NCBI GenBank assembly: GCA_964106915.2
Contig: OZ066914.1
Source of the DNA: Podarcis gaigeae
Taxonomy: Eukaryota
Reading direction: 5' to 3' (one strand)
DNA length: 64,000 nucleotides
Below the pieces are notes generated by a model. That model had not been told where the DNA came from, did not search any database, and was given only the letters and a program-made list of their open reading frames with translations. The translations under genes and the position numbers were made by a program. Shown here one piece after another: positions 36,601-51,399 of this stretch; position 1 is the stretch's first letter, and each line of letters starts with the position of its first letter.

Positions 36601-39600
36601 ATGTTCTCCGTGAAGGACTGACGCAAGATAGCGAGCATTAAATGACCTCCTTTCGGGAAGGGCTGTGGCTGAGTATCAAAGGTCCAATCCCCAGCATATT
36701 AAGCAGGGCTGGGATAGACTTCTTCTTGGAAACCTGGAGAGCCACTACCAGTCACTATAGATAATACTGGCTTAAGAAGGACTGACTCAGCACATTCCAT
36801 TTAATCTCACACCCCACTGCTGACCTGGAACACAATAAAGTCTAGCATTGGGACCAAACTGGCAGTCTTACCCCACCCCAGTTCAACGTCCTTGCCAGGT
36901 CATTTCCGGTTCCCAGGGGAAGAATGGCCACAGGTGGTGGAGGGTTCAGGCGCAACTGGTCCAAGATGGAGAGGATCCACCCTACCTATTTAGTCAAGAA
37001 AGACAAAGGTTCAGACAGAAATTCGGCTGGGAGCTTCCCTTGCTTTTGTTTTGGCACATGGCTGTTTTCTCAATATAGGCCAAACTCCAAAAAAATGACA
37101 AAAAGAGAGAAGCTGTTAGGAACTGGGGGAAGACCCCATGAGTGGCTACTAGGCCATACATTGCCAGTTAATCTGGTTTGGAGCCGACTGGTCATAAGCA
37201 AAGCAAAAAAAGAATTATCTGTGAATACTAAAGAGTTATGTAGAAGCAGCTCATAGTTTAGAGAGAAGTGGCATGTTGAGTAAAGGTCAGCAGGGTAGTA
37301 GTACCTGAGCAGCCACGCTAATCACAAAACAACCAATGCAGGCCTTGCTCCCAAAAAAGCACTGTCACTAGCATGCAATTCAGCTAGCATCTTGGTTGAA
37401 GATGAAACACACTGCATCTTGGGCAATGTAGTTTTGAATGATGATGAGTGCATTATAGAACTTGGTGGACCCATTTTTCTCATTTGATTTAGAGCCAATG
37501 AACTGTCTCTTAATTGGCTATCCATGACTGCTATCCATAGTGGTCGTGTTCTATCTGCACTGTTCAAGGTGATACACCTCCAAATGCCAGTTGTTGGGAA
37601 TAAAAAGTAGGGATAGTGCTGTTGCACTCAGGACCTACTTGCAAGCTTCCCAGAGACGTCTGGTTGGCCACTGTATGAAGAGTCCTGGGCCAGATGGGCC
37701 TTTGGCCTGATCCTAGTCCTCTCGTGGTGTTATGACATAAACCCTGGCTTTCTTCATAACTCATCAAGTGTTCAAGGGATTGCGGCCACTTACCGTACCA
37801 TCTCCCCCACATGCCAGAATTCGTAGGTTGTGCACTTTGCGATACATCTCCAACCTGCACAAAGCCCAGAAGAAGTGATAGTTAAGAGGACAAGAACGGA
37901 ATGCGCAGCATCAACAGGAAGCAACCCCTCGTTTTCATGTAATCTTTCAGAAATGTAGAAGCCGAGTAAGAACCCATCAAAACATATTTGTCTTTGGAAC
38001 CAATCCTCAATCTGGCACAATCTTCATGCTACCAGAAAGAGCTGTATGGCCAAAATCAGAGGAAGAGCGTACTGGGAAAGAAGGACTGTACTTTGGATGA
38101 TGTAATTTAGACTAGGAATTCCCAACCCCACTTATTTGGGAGAAAGCTCCACTAAAATCAATAGGATTTACTTTTGAGTGGACATGGGTAGGACTGCACT
38201 ATTAGATTCTCCTTCCTCCAGGAAGCAGAAGGTGTCCTGGTTAGAAGGTGTAAACAGTAGTTCTTTTTCTGCTGCACTTGGGCCCTAACTGAAAATAAGC
38301 ATAGCTGCTAGGGACTTGTGATGAATTTGAGAAACGATGGTTCTGCCCTGAAGTCTGCTTCATCATCTGAACGTGAAAAGTCTCTCTCTTAGCCCAGGTG
38401 GGCCCTTCAGATGTTGCTGAACAATAATTTCCATCACCCCTGGGCATTGGCCAAGCCTGCTGTGGCTGATGGGAATTGCAGTTCAGCCAAAGATTCCCTA
38501 ATTCACCTCATAGGGTTGTTCATTTTGTTCTATTCCACTCTCTCTTTAGACCATCATCAGCACTTTTCAACTGAAAGTACTTCACTGTATATAAAGCAGT
38601 ACAAGTACCACCAGTTGAAAAGCCCTGCTTTACACAGTCAACAGTAGCTTAGATTGCATGGGTCATCCAGTTTGAAAAATGACAGAACATCAGGTGTTCC
38701 CACTCTTCTGATACTAAAGTGCCACTCTCTGCTCCTTGGAAGAAAGACAGGATGCAAATGTAAACACACACATACAAAAACAGAATATGTGGAGACTTTG
38801 CCGTGAATTTCAGTCCTGTGTCTTTTAGAAAAGGCCTCTCTACTGGGATGGGGCTAAGACTCATTCAGACAGATACTCACGCTTCTTTGGGGCCTCCCTG
38901 GCTGAGATCAAAAACTTGTCGAGGGTTGAGGTACCACATAAATGACTGGATTATTTTTGTTCCCTAAAAATTATTGAGAAAGAAGAGAGTAAGGAAATTA
39001 GGAAACAAACTGAAGAAGGACTGGGGCTAAAATACAGATGTGTCAGCATATGGTCTGCAACCAATGGAATAAAATGCTTGAAAAATACACTTACCTGATT
39101 CCCACCACTTTTGGGGTTCACAAACACAAGCAGCGGCTTCATGAGAGGTGCTGGGACAGGCTTGATGACAAAGGGTTTCCATCGCCCTTCCTGCAAAAAT
39201 AACATTAGTAATGATTAAGGATAATGACCCAGATTATGGTGAAATAAGTGTTTATGCCCAGGAAGCTCAATTTGTTTGTTTTTGTAGGACCCCAGTTACT
39301 ATCACCATTAAAGTCTACATTACTCTGTTAGTACACGTTGCGTAAAACTGGACAAAGGTGCATGATCTGTTCTTCATGGGCAAATACAAGCAGGGGTGTA
39401 TTTTGGCTTTGGCAGAAGTTGGAGTTCAATGTTCATTTCTGGTCAAGGTCTCTGGAAACAGTCATAAATATAATGGGGAAAGTTGGGCCACTGGAAGCTT
39501 TAACCATTGGTTGCCAGCCTTCTAAGTTTCATTGTTTTCAGCCTTTTCTCCTTTTGGGCTTCAATCCCCACCATCCTGAGAAACAAGCTGTCTCCTTTTG

Positions 39601-42600
39601 GACTGACACTAACGTTGCCTCAGGTAGGGAAGCAAAAGCTCCCCAAGCCTTTAATCCCATGTGATCAGTTAGCAATATTTAGGATTTATTGACAATGTGG
39701 TATCAAAGCAGCATTAACTAGGTTCTCCTCCGTTCAAAAACAATACTTAAATCCAGTGACTAAACCTTAATGATTAAAATGTATTGCATGGTCCTCCATT
39801 TGCTGCAGTGTCTCTCTGCTAACGAGTCAAGAGCCATCCTGTTTACTTGAAAGGCATATGCACACAGCACCCTTAGTAAACTGACAGCTGGTAACTATGC
39901 AACTAAACTGTACATTATTAGTGATCACCGGAGACTAGTAATTCTATGACAGAAATGGGGAATCTGTGGCCCTCCAGATGTTTCTGAACCACAACAACTA
40001 TCATCCCTGGCTAGGGTTGATCAGAGTTTAGGTCCAACTCTCATCAATCCCAGAGTTATATTATAAAGGAGCCAAGGGAGGGGGTGGAGGGAAGTCAGAG
40101 GATTCAAGTAATCCCATACTGTGGATTCAATACGAATTGTATATATAGTTGTTTTAAATGTTTTATTTTATGCTTTTTCTTATTCTTAAAAGTAATGCTT
40201 TTGTTTCTTTGAAAATTAATAAAAATATTGAACAAAAAAAATTCCCAGGGTCCCTATCTTAGGAAAAGCAACTGAATGTGTTACTGAACCGTATTCCCAG
40301 CAGAAATAGACTAGAATTCTATGACTGACCCCTTTTCTCCTAGAACAGCACAATGAAATGTTGAAGCCTTCAGTCAACCAGAGTTTCCCAACATAGCAAC
40401 CATGACTTCCCAGTTTGGACAAAATGGGAAATTCTGCTTAACTGGAAACTTCCTCATGTTGCTGAAGGGTGCTGCAAAGAGGATGCTTAAGCAATCAAAA
40501 TGCTCATACATACGTTTGCTTATTAAGCCAAGATAAAATCATTCAAAGACAAATTATGTCTTCTAAAATTCATCACAGATTAGATCAGAGAATTCATCAT
40601 AACTGTTTTTATCTTGCATGGTTGATCATCAGTGTAAGTTTCTCCATTTTTTGTGGTTATATACATTTAGTTACAGCATTTAATCCTTCTTATGTTTGTT
40701 ATGCCACCTTTAAGTTAAAAATGGATTTTCTATATACAGTACAATTATTGGTTTATAATGCAAGTATTTATATTATTACATTTTGTTCAGTTCTTAATTT
40801 TTGAACAGAGAATGCAGTTCTGCCCTTTCAGAGATTCCATTTGGGAGATTTCATGCAATTTCACTGTTTTTCTTGAAATTGAGGAAAATCAAAATACCTC
40901 CTCTATTTTGATATGTTAGTTAGAACGTTTGCTATTTGTAAATTAACCAAGCAATTGTTTGAGAGCACAGATTATTTTTTTTTTAGTGTTCCACTTCCCC
41001 TAGCATGCTAAAGACATTCGTAAGTAAAACACTGGAGGAAAAACCCAAACACTAGTCTATTGCCTGGTATTTTTGCCATTGATCTCTCAGCACACCACCT
41101 CTTCAGTTTGCATCTTAGTTCTCAGTCTTTCCCTATCCTAGTTGTTCTCTGACCTCAGGACCCTTCTTGCTGGATTTCCTCCTGAACGATGTCCTCTTTT
41201 TCTTCTTACTTGACTTTAGCGGGTTCTAGAGATGAGGGAAAAGAAGAAGCAATGTAAACGAGGAGCTGGTTTAAATGAGGCCCCTGTTTTAAATGGAAAA
41301 GGAAACCCAAGGGGGCAACCTACTTGGGGATGCCGGACCCGTAGGATCCAAGTGGGGGGGATGACAACAGCAGCATGTGCCCCTAGTGAGCAGGGCTCCT
41401 CAATGTGCTGCAGCATGAAGCATGAAACTTTACTGTGATACTGAAAGGAAAGGAAAAGGAGAGAGCCAGTTAGTGTCTACAGAACTGTCCCGGACAATCA
41501 CAGTCTTCAGTGTGTCTGTTCCAAACACTGGCCACATCTACCCACGCAGCAGAATGATGTAGTAATCAGGGGGTAAAGTGATAAGGAATGGGCTGTACCA
41601 CTTCAGATTGCAGGGGGCAGGATCACCATTTTTAATGCTCTCCTTACTTTAAAAAAATAAACAAAAAAATAAATAAACAAGAAGAAGACTAGTACTTCCA
41701 AACTCTGGGGCGAGGGAGGTAAAGGAGGCAGAGGTGTTTGTGTTTAGAAAGCGAGGGCAATTTAGCAAACAGATACATGCTGCACTCACTGCTTGCTTAC
41801 ACCAGGAACAGCTGATGGCTACAATCTCCTTGCTGTGAAAGGCGAATTTTTGCTGGAAACCCTGCACAGGGAGACAGGAAAATAAGGAGCAAGTTGCACA
41901 TCACTTCAAGTTTTTTTATATATCATAGCAATAAACCATGAATTTACAACAACAAAGAGTCCTGTAGCATCTTAGAAACAAATAAATGTAATGCAACGTG
42001 AATATATTGTGGACATTGGAGCAGAAAAGACTATTTATGTATATGACCACAGCTGCGTGGATGTTATTGACTCAGAGATGGAAAGAAAAGAAGTCCCGAC
42101 CAGAGAAGAATGGCAGACCAAAATTTTAATAAGGAATGGGGGAAATTTATAATTTATCTTAAAAACCATTGTAATCAGTTAAAATCATTAGTAGGATTGG
42201 AATAACACTCGCAGTTTAATCATGAATTTTTGATATAATGGAGATGTAAAAGGTTTGAATTATTATAAAAGATGCAGAAGGAAATGACTAACAATAGGAC
42301 CCACAAAGGGGAGGAGGGAAATCAAGGAGATTATTTGGAATCTTGTTTTTATGTTGTATGCTGGATATGTGATTGTAAAACCTTAATTTGAAAAACCAAA
42401 TAAATAAATTTATTTTAAATAAATAAATAAATAAAATCCTGCCCTCCCCAGCGGAAGCCGGGCTCAGAGCGGCTAACAGTAGTAAAAATAAGACAGCTTA
42501 CATAAAATCACAATGAATTAATTGAAATACATTCTAAAATCAATTCATTCTAAAATCAATTCAAAATCAAATGAATGGCAACCATTGGGCTGGAGTGCTA

Positions 42601-45600
42601 TGAGGATTACAGAAGGAGGGGGTCAGACTACGCCTTGGCCAAAGGCCTGGTGGAACAGCTCTGTCTTGCAGGCCCTGTGGAAAGATGTTAAGTCCCGCAG
42701 GGCCCTCTTGTGACAGAGCGTTCCACCAGATTGGGGCCATGGCCGAAAAAGCCCTGGCTCTGGTTGAGGCCAGCCTAACCTCCCTGTGGCCAGGGATCTC
42801 CAAGATGTTTTTATCTGAAGACTGTAAGGTCCTCTGTGGGACATACCAGGAGAGGCAGTCCCGTAGGTACGAGGATCCTAGGCTGTATAGGGCTTTAAAG
42901 AAAGAATATATTGTGGACAAATATCCTTCATCAGACACATAACTCTTGTCCTAATGTGCTAGTCTTTATAGGACCAAAAGGAAGTGTATTTCCCCTCCTA
43001 CAGTCAGGGCTTTCCCCCCGTGAGTTCCGGCACCTCTGTAGCATTGCAGCATGGCGCTTGGGACTGCACGACAGAGGCTGTGGGTGGAACAGTGATCGGT
43101 GGGGCGTGGAGAGGTGAGCTCAACAACTTTGGGTGGCTGTTTCCCCCTACGTTTCTGAAAATGGTCTGTGAGTGAGAAGCTTGCCGTGAATCTCAGTTAT
43201 GACACAGGGGTGGTTGTTGTTGTTACTGCTGTTAATGTGATTGTATAATTATATAAAAATTATAATACATATATTGCTGTTGTTTGGAGAAGGAAAACTC
43301 TGATCCCTCAGTGCCTTGCGGAATATATTTGGGAGAAGAAAAGGCTAAGGAGTAAACTCTACACAAATCCAGATTATAGTCCCTAAAACTGTTGAATGGC
43401 ACCTTGTATGCCTCCTTCCAGCAACTCCTGAAGCCAAGCTGGGGTCAAATACATTCGGTGCTCCTCATACAGTGGTTTGACTTCACCCCGCGAGGCACAC
43501 TCTATTGTCTCTTGAGACAAACAGATGCCAACAATGATAGTCATTTATTTGTAAATAAGTAAGTGAGAATCACAAGGCTGCATACGACAATAAAATTCTA
43601 CACATATATATTTTAAAGCCAGGCAATTCAAAACACATTGTGCAGAAGACTCAAGTTCTCTCAAAAGAAGAATAAACATGCCTTCAGATGGAAACAAAGA
43701 GGTGATACGGAAGAGGCCTCAGAAAGATGCAAAGCAGTGTCAGAAAACAAAACTTCAGTATTGCTTCCCAGCGCCTGATATAAGCTCAAGATGCGTAAGA
43801 ATCTTGATCTGAAAAGGTGTTTTTTTTTGCAGATCCCAGTTCCAGCTTCATTGTACCCTTCAAGCTATATCCACACAGGTTTTCCCCTCACCTTTCCACA
43901 CTGTCGACATTTCCCTTCCTGACGTCTCCGGTGTACCCAATGATGCCGCACAACTGTAGGCTGTGGAGAAACATGTGAACAGTTTAAAGGACGAGGAAAT
44001 GGGAGAGACACATATACCGTCCCCTGAGCACACATCTAGGCTGGGATGCTTAAAAGCCGAGGCCTCCAATGCTGCCTTGACAATCCAGAACAGAGTAAGC
44101 CAGCTTCACCTTCCCCTGCTTCAGAATCCCCTCAAACTCAGAAAGTATGCCTCAGAGCCAAACAAGGACAAATGCAGAGCACTTCCAAAGGAAAGTATTC
44201 AGCGCCCATTACTGAAGATGAAACAAGTACTTTCTTTTTAAGATACACCAAACCAAAACTATTCAAAACGATATTTCATGGCATTGAATACAAGAATAGT
44301 CTACCATCTACATATTTGCCGCGAGTAATACCTCAAGGCTATGAGCAAGTAATCTGTGTTGCAACACAGAGAGATTATACTATATGTAGCTTTTCTTTCT
44401 GAAACGAGGTTAAATACACAGGAGTAAAAGGCAAGGCTGTGCTTAGTGGCAAAAGGAACAAATTCCTGGTCCCATTTAACAACATGGATCCTCACGGCTT
44501 CAAATTTATTAAATTGTTAGAAGTTGAATGAGTACAGGTCGTTTAGTGAAATTACCTTAACTTAACTACAACATGAGATAGTTGCTCATTTCATGGTTAT
44601 GTCAAAAATAAAGTTCTGTGGGATGCAATCTGTAGGTTTGAAGGTGGCTGACAGGTTGATTTTCAGCAATCCTATGCACTAAGACTTCTCTCACTGACTG
44701 AAATCAATGGACAGGGGCAAAGAGCAGGGCTTTCTCTGCAATTAAGTGCCCTCTCCCTTATTGGATTTCTTACTCTTCCCCACCACACCGCCTCGTTGCA
44801 AAAAAAGAAGAAGAAGAAAAAGCCTTCCTGGCTATCTTTGTCACTCAGAAATTAGCTAAAGGCATTTTATTTCAGCTGGTGTTCAGAGGCAGAAACAGAT
44901 GCCAATTTTATGATAACTTGTTATTTTTTTATTCCCTGTAAATGTTTAATTGTTTATATATTTTTATGGTTGTTAATGTTTTACTACTAACTATTGCTCT
45001 ATTCTTAACTGTAAGCTGCCCCAAGAGCCATTTTATAAAGGCCATGTGGTAGGATATAAATGCAATACATACATAAATAAATTTGTGCAAGTATTCAGCA
45101 AAGACCAGAATTTACTTTTTTTCCTAGTCTCTGTTGAAAGCAAAAGCTGCAAGCACTGCAACTCAGGAAAATGTGACCAGGTATTTATTTTTACGTCTTT
45201 TCCTGTACAATGTTCTTCTTGATTACTCAAATATACACCAGATTCACTCCAATAATGATCCTATTAGGAGTCAGAATGGTGAGACTCAAAGGCAGGCTGC
45301 ACTTCTAATCCCATCAAGCCAAGAGAAAACACACCAAAAAACAAGTCAGGATAAAACCTAAGGGTTACCATAGTGACTTGGTTACTAAGAATGACAGTTA
45401 CAGTGGTACCTCGGAAGTCGAACGGAATCCGTTCCGGAAGTCCATTCGAATTCCAAAACGTTCGGAAACCAAAGCTCCTGCAGCCAATCATAAGCTGCAG
45501 AAGCCGCATCGGATGTTTGGGTTCCAAAGAACGTTTGCAAACCAGAAAACTCACTTCAGGGTTTGCAACATTCGGGAGCCAAAACGTTCAACTCACAAGG

Positions 45601-48600
45601 CATTTGGGGTCCAAGGTACGACTGTACACCTTCCTCCACTGGGAATGCTATGTCTATATGTTAAAATTGCTTGGCTCTTTAAAAATATGTTCAAAGGAAG
45701 ATTCCTTTAGGTCTATATCCAGTTTGAGAGCTGGTGCAAAGTCTGTTCAGGTGAAGCACAGGTTCAAGTTTTCTCTATGAAGCTGTAAGCATGTGGATGT
45801 GTTAAAATCTCACTTCAAGTATGGACGCTGCCTGATGGTTTGCCAGTATGGATGCTCATTGGCCCAGCCCTCTACCTTTCAGCACCATGGAGAGTTCTCT
45901 TCCTTTAGGGACTGAATTAAGTGGTGGGAAGTATGCTGTGACTAGCCACGCACTCCCCAGCATGCACCAGGCCCTTCAGAGGTTATCACTAGTAGCTCAA
46001 GAGTAGTTAATTATGTTTTTGGGCTACAACTTCCATTACCCCTGATCATTAGTCATACTGGTTGGTGCTGATGGAAGTCAGCATCTGAATGGCATAACAC
46101 TGGCTACTGCATAACACTGAATGCATCTGAATGGCATAACACTGGCTACCTCTGTACTAACTGGTAAATTAGTCCACTCTTTCCTTAGATTAGAAAACTC
46201 CACTCATTACTATAATGTATCAATAATAGATAATGGGTGGCATCTCATTGTTGTACCTCAATGTGCAGGTTTTCAAAAGAAATGCTCAGGAGGGATGGGC
46301 CATAGTGAGTCTTTTACTGCTCAGACACATGTTAGCACCTCAAGTTCAGGGGGGTATACAACTTTAAATCAGACTATGGGCAGTTTGTCACCTCAGAACC
46401 GAATGAGGCCAAAGATTTCACAGCCACCTGCATCAAAGGGTGCATGCACACAATTTCCTTGTGCTACAGATCAATAAACAGTCCACAAAGCTCTTACCTC
46501 TCGGACATTTCTTGATCCAGATTCCCTGAAGGAAGGCTTGCATCGGAAATTTATCTGTGGATTTAACAGAAAGATGGGTGGAAAACTTTTTTAAAAAAAT
46601 AATAATAACAACAACATAAAATGTGAAGCATTTCTGTCCTGTGAGGAATACATTATTTGCCATTCCCTCTTTCCTCCCACTCAGTCCTCTCAATGAATAA
46701 TTGAGCATATGCACATATGAGATTACTTTATATTGAGTCAAGCCATCAATTCATCTAGCTCAATACTATCTATTCTAACTGGCAGCAGCCCTGCAAGGCC
46801 TCTCACAGAGGCATTTCCCAGCCCTGCTGCTTGAAATCATTTAAGTGGAGATACCAGACACTGAACCCAAGGCCAACTGGATGCAAAGCTATCGGCTTTG
46901 GCATCTCTAAATGCAAAATTTATTTGCCTACAGAGTCAAAAAGGAACAAAATATGACAGAGGGAGCTTGGTTCTTAGGAATTTCTCCTAGCAGGCATATA
47001 AGCGTTCATGGAAATTGGATCCGACAGGAACGTTCCTTTTTTTTAAAAGGAGGTTGATATCCCATCTCTCCAAGCACAGCCCAAGAGCTTAACTAGATTT
47101 TACTCACTTTCTCTAGCTGTTCTATGCAGGGTGTATGGACTACAATCTTGCAGGCAGCACACTTGCGCTTGGAGAGAGGTTTTTGCTGCAAGACAAGGAA
47201 GACAAGAGGTTTACATCATCTGCGAATGACTGGCATGCCTGCAACAAGCTCAACACTCAAATAACTGTTTGTGCATATGGAACACACAAGTATAGGGTAA
47301 GAATGCTGCAGGTAATGGCTTCCTCTTTGTCCTTCCATCCCAATATATGCACCAGGGGAGAGGATGGAGATGGAATGGATTGTGCATGGAGTGCATTACC
47401 TCCCACTTTTGTTGGCCTTAATGAAGCAAATGGAATCCAGGCACTGAAATATATTGACCGACTGATCACAGCCCCCTACCCGCAAAGCAAAGGGTACCAT
47501 CAAAGGATAGCTGGAAATATGTATTTATTTCTATCGTTCTGTATACTTGAGGTGGATTCTCATTTTTCCCCAAAAGCCTTATAAATTAAAAACATAAAAA
47601 CACCATGCAATCTGGGGGAGAATTACAAGCTAATTTAGATGAATTTGCATCGAGGAAGTTGCTTCCAGCTCTACAAGATAAACATAAAGCTTGTGATTGC
47701 ATTTCCGCCTGCTTTTCTTTATTTTTAAATCTTCCTGGAAAGCTTTTTCAGTGTGACTCACCCTTTTGAGGCAGCCAAAAAAGATACAGGCGCACAGTAC
47801 AAAAGGGGGAGGAAAATCCTGAATTCTAATACTAGTAAGATACAGTGGCTAGAATGAATAGAACTCATTTAGGGCAGTTTGTAGAATTTGCTACTTTAAA
47901 AAAAAAAGTTGGGAGGGCAAGGAAGGTCACCAAATGCTGAACAACAAGTATGCAGAGATAAGGAGTGTGTGGACATTCGGCAGAATTACCAACTTATCAT
48001 CACAGAATAACAGAAGTATAGAGTTGGAAGGGTCCCTCGTCCAACCCCCTGCAGTGCAGGAATATCAACTAAAGCATCCATGACCTCTGCTTAACGAAGG
48101 AGTGTCCACCACCTCTTGTGAGCGTCTTACTGCCAAATAGTTCTTCCTGATGTTTAGTTGGAATCTCCTTTCTTGTAACTGAAATCCACTGGTTTGGGTC
48201 CTACCCTCCAGATCAGGAGAAAACAAGCTTGCTCCATCTTCCATGTGACAGCCCTTCAGATATTTGAAGATGGCTACCAAACCTCCTCTCCATATCCTCT
48301 TTTCCAGGATAAACATACCCAACTCCCTCAACTGTTCCTCACAAGGCTTGGTTTTCAGACCCTTGATCACCTTGGTCACCCTCCTGCCCATCTAGCCCAC
48401 TATCAAGAGTGGCAATTCATTCAAGGCCCCAGGCAACGTTGCTACCTCCAATCTTTTCTGGAGAGTGATGCTGGGGGAAATGAGTCTGGGTCCTTATGGG
48501 CGGTATTCAACTAGGTTTTACCCAGAATCAACCCACTTATTCATATTCATGAATTTTAATGGATCTACTCCCAGTAAAACTTAGTTGAATTACCACCCTA

Positions 48601-49073
48601 AGGACACAAAGCATGTACTCTGCCGCTGAACCATCGTTCTCTATTACACATGAAGCTGCTTTGCACAGCATGACTAGTTTGCCCATGCACTGCTGTCGCT
48701 CAAATTGTTAAAAGAAGACATGGGCGGGGGGGGGGGAGGCGGGAGAAATAATTTTGATTGGGACCTTTCCACGAGCAAAGAGTTTAAGCCCTGCTTGCTG
48801 GATCCAATCCAGTTCAGGCCCTCCACCTCCAGGTGTTTTTTTTTTCAAGAGCTACAAAAGAACAACCTATGCAGCAAAGATCACCTCTAGTTTGACCCAG
48901 AGGCTGCTGCCTGACTGGCAGCAGTTCTTTGAGACCCTTTTAAATGGAGCCGCCAAGGACCTTCTGCACAAAAAGCTCATGCTCCACAACCAATACATTG
49001 CCCCACTTTTACTTAGACATTTTTGTAGAAATACGCTGTAAATGTGCAGGTTCTCTCTGTGCAGCTAATAACA

Positions 49074-49114
<41 letters not shown>

Positions 49115-51368
49115 AATTCAAAACAATAAGCAGAAAGGTTTCTCATGTTCATACTTCCAGATTTTGTGCTAGACACCAAATCCCACAATGTATGCTAAAT
49201 ATCCTTTAAAAATCACCAGGTGCCAATACCCACTGCACAAATAGAAGTGATGTGAAGGGCCACTCCCCCCCCCCCCCCCCCCGTACACCACCCTCATTTT
49301 CCCCAAAGAAAAGTATTTGCTCACATAACCTCTGCTTGATGGTGTTCTGGGATATGCAGTTTAAGGCATTTTTTTGTTTCCTCCACTAGATGGTAGTGCA
49401 GACTCACACAAAAATCAAGTTGACCAGTTAGGGGCATCCTCCTGCCAAGACTTACCAGCATTTTTGCAACACAGTTTTGTTCCCCCACATAGCAGAAGTC
49501 CCCAGAGACATTGGTTTCAAACCAAATATGCTCCCCGTAAACTGCAGCCTCCTGAAAGACAGAAGTAATGTGTTGTCATTCCACAGTATTGTTGCAGGGT
49601 CACACTCAGTTCAGAACCTAGCCACAATTCCATCCGGTCATTAGCTTCAGGGGAACTAACTTGACTCTCCACTTCAGCCCCACAGATGAACTAACAGTCA
49701 AAACTACACATTGCTTTAACCAAGCTTCTTTCTGGCAAGACTCCACCGCCACACATATGCCTCGGCATCGTCCTGTTGCACATTCTGCATCCCTGCACCC
49801 ACCAGTTATTTGCCACTGACCTCAAGCAGGCACAAGGAAAGGATTTGGTTCAGCCTACAAGCACGACATGAGACACAGGTGGCGCTGTGGGTTAAACCAC
49901 AGAGCCTAAGACTTGTCAATCAGAAGGTCAGTGGTTCGAGTCCCGGCAACGGGGTGAGCTCCCGTTGCTCGGTCCCTGCTCTTGCCAACCTAGCAGTTCA
50001 AAAGCACGTCAAAGTGCAAGCAGATAAATAGGTACCGCTCCGGCGGGAAGGTAAACAGCGTTTCCGTGCACTGCTCTGGTTCACCAGAAGCGGTTTAGTC
50101 ATGCTGGCCACATGACCTGGAAGCTGTCTGCGGACAAACGCTGGCTCCCTCGGCCAATAAAGTGAGATGAGCACCGCAACCCCAGAGTCTGTCACAACTG
50201 GACCTAATGGTCAGGGGTCCCTTTACCTTTACCTTACAAGCACGACATACCAATGGCTCTGGTCAATGGGAAGCATAGAATGGCCAAATACTTTCAGGTA
50301 TAGATATGGGGACAGGAGGGGACTGTGGCAGGAAATAAACATATTTCAACACGTGGCTCCCATTTGACCTTCACAGGTTAGCTTTGAATTCACCGACATG
50401 GCAGCTTCCCATGCTACCAGTTGATTGCTGTAATGCAGAGCACAACCAGAGCTACAGGAACTATCCTGTGGAAACTCAGGTACCATCACTCCAGAGAAAT
50501 GCACTACTTGTTTCCTGTCTTTCTCCCATGGAACTCAAGGTGATACTTATAGGGTTCCATGCCATTTCCCATACAGGCACTGACCAGACCTGCTTGGCTT
50601 CAGTAAGGCTGATGTATCAAGTGACTTGACTTCAGACTACACCCTGGCCAATGATACCCTTGCTCCAGAAAGCCACCTGTGTGTGGATTTGTACTGGGCG
50701 AAACTTATGCAGCCAAGCCAATGGGAAAGAACCCATTCATTATCTTTCCTTGCACCCCCCCCCCCACACACAAGGGGAGAAGGTAGCACTTACGCTCCAG
50801 TCGACAGTACTGCGGATCTCCCTGTCTGAATCGCTTCTCAGGGCTAGTGGGGGGGTTGGCTGGGCAACCAGGTGCTGGAGACCAGACTTGGCAATAGCTT
50901 TTCTGAAAGACAGGAAGAAGATTGTCCATAAAAACACCTGGAATCATATTAATCATTATTATTCCTAAATGCAGCATTTGCAAGCCTTCTGGGGGGAAAG
51001 GATGCTAAAAAGAAAGGCATTCCATGTGTTAATATCAATTCCAAAAAGCTGCCTAAAATGAGGCAGAAATTATCGGAAATCACAGAGTAGGTAATACTTA
51101 CCCAACTCAGTGGTAGGCGGTAAGTTTTATTTTCTACCTTGTGGCAGTGAAGAACAGACTATTCTTCATAATCGCTTTAAGTCATGCCACACAGCAACTA
51201 CTAATAAATGCCAAGTTACTGGCATGCTGAAATCTATCATGTGGATTGGGCATTTTGTACCATGCCACTGCAAACACCAGCCATGAAGAAAGGGACGCAG
51301 TGGTTTAGTTTAAAAAATCCAAGTGGCAGTTGAATGTTTATTATTTCCATGAATCCTTCCTCCCAAAG

Positions 51369-51399
<31 letters not shown>

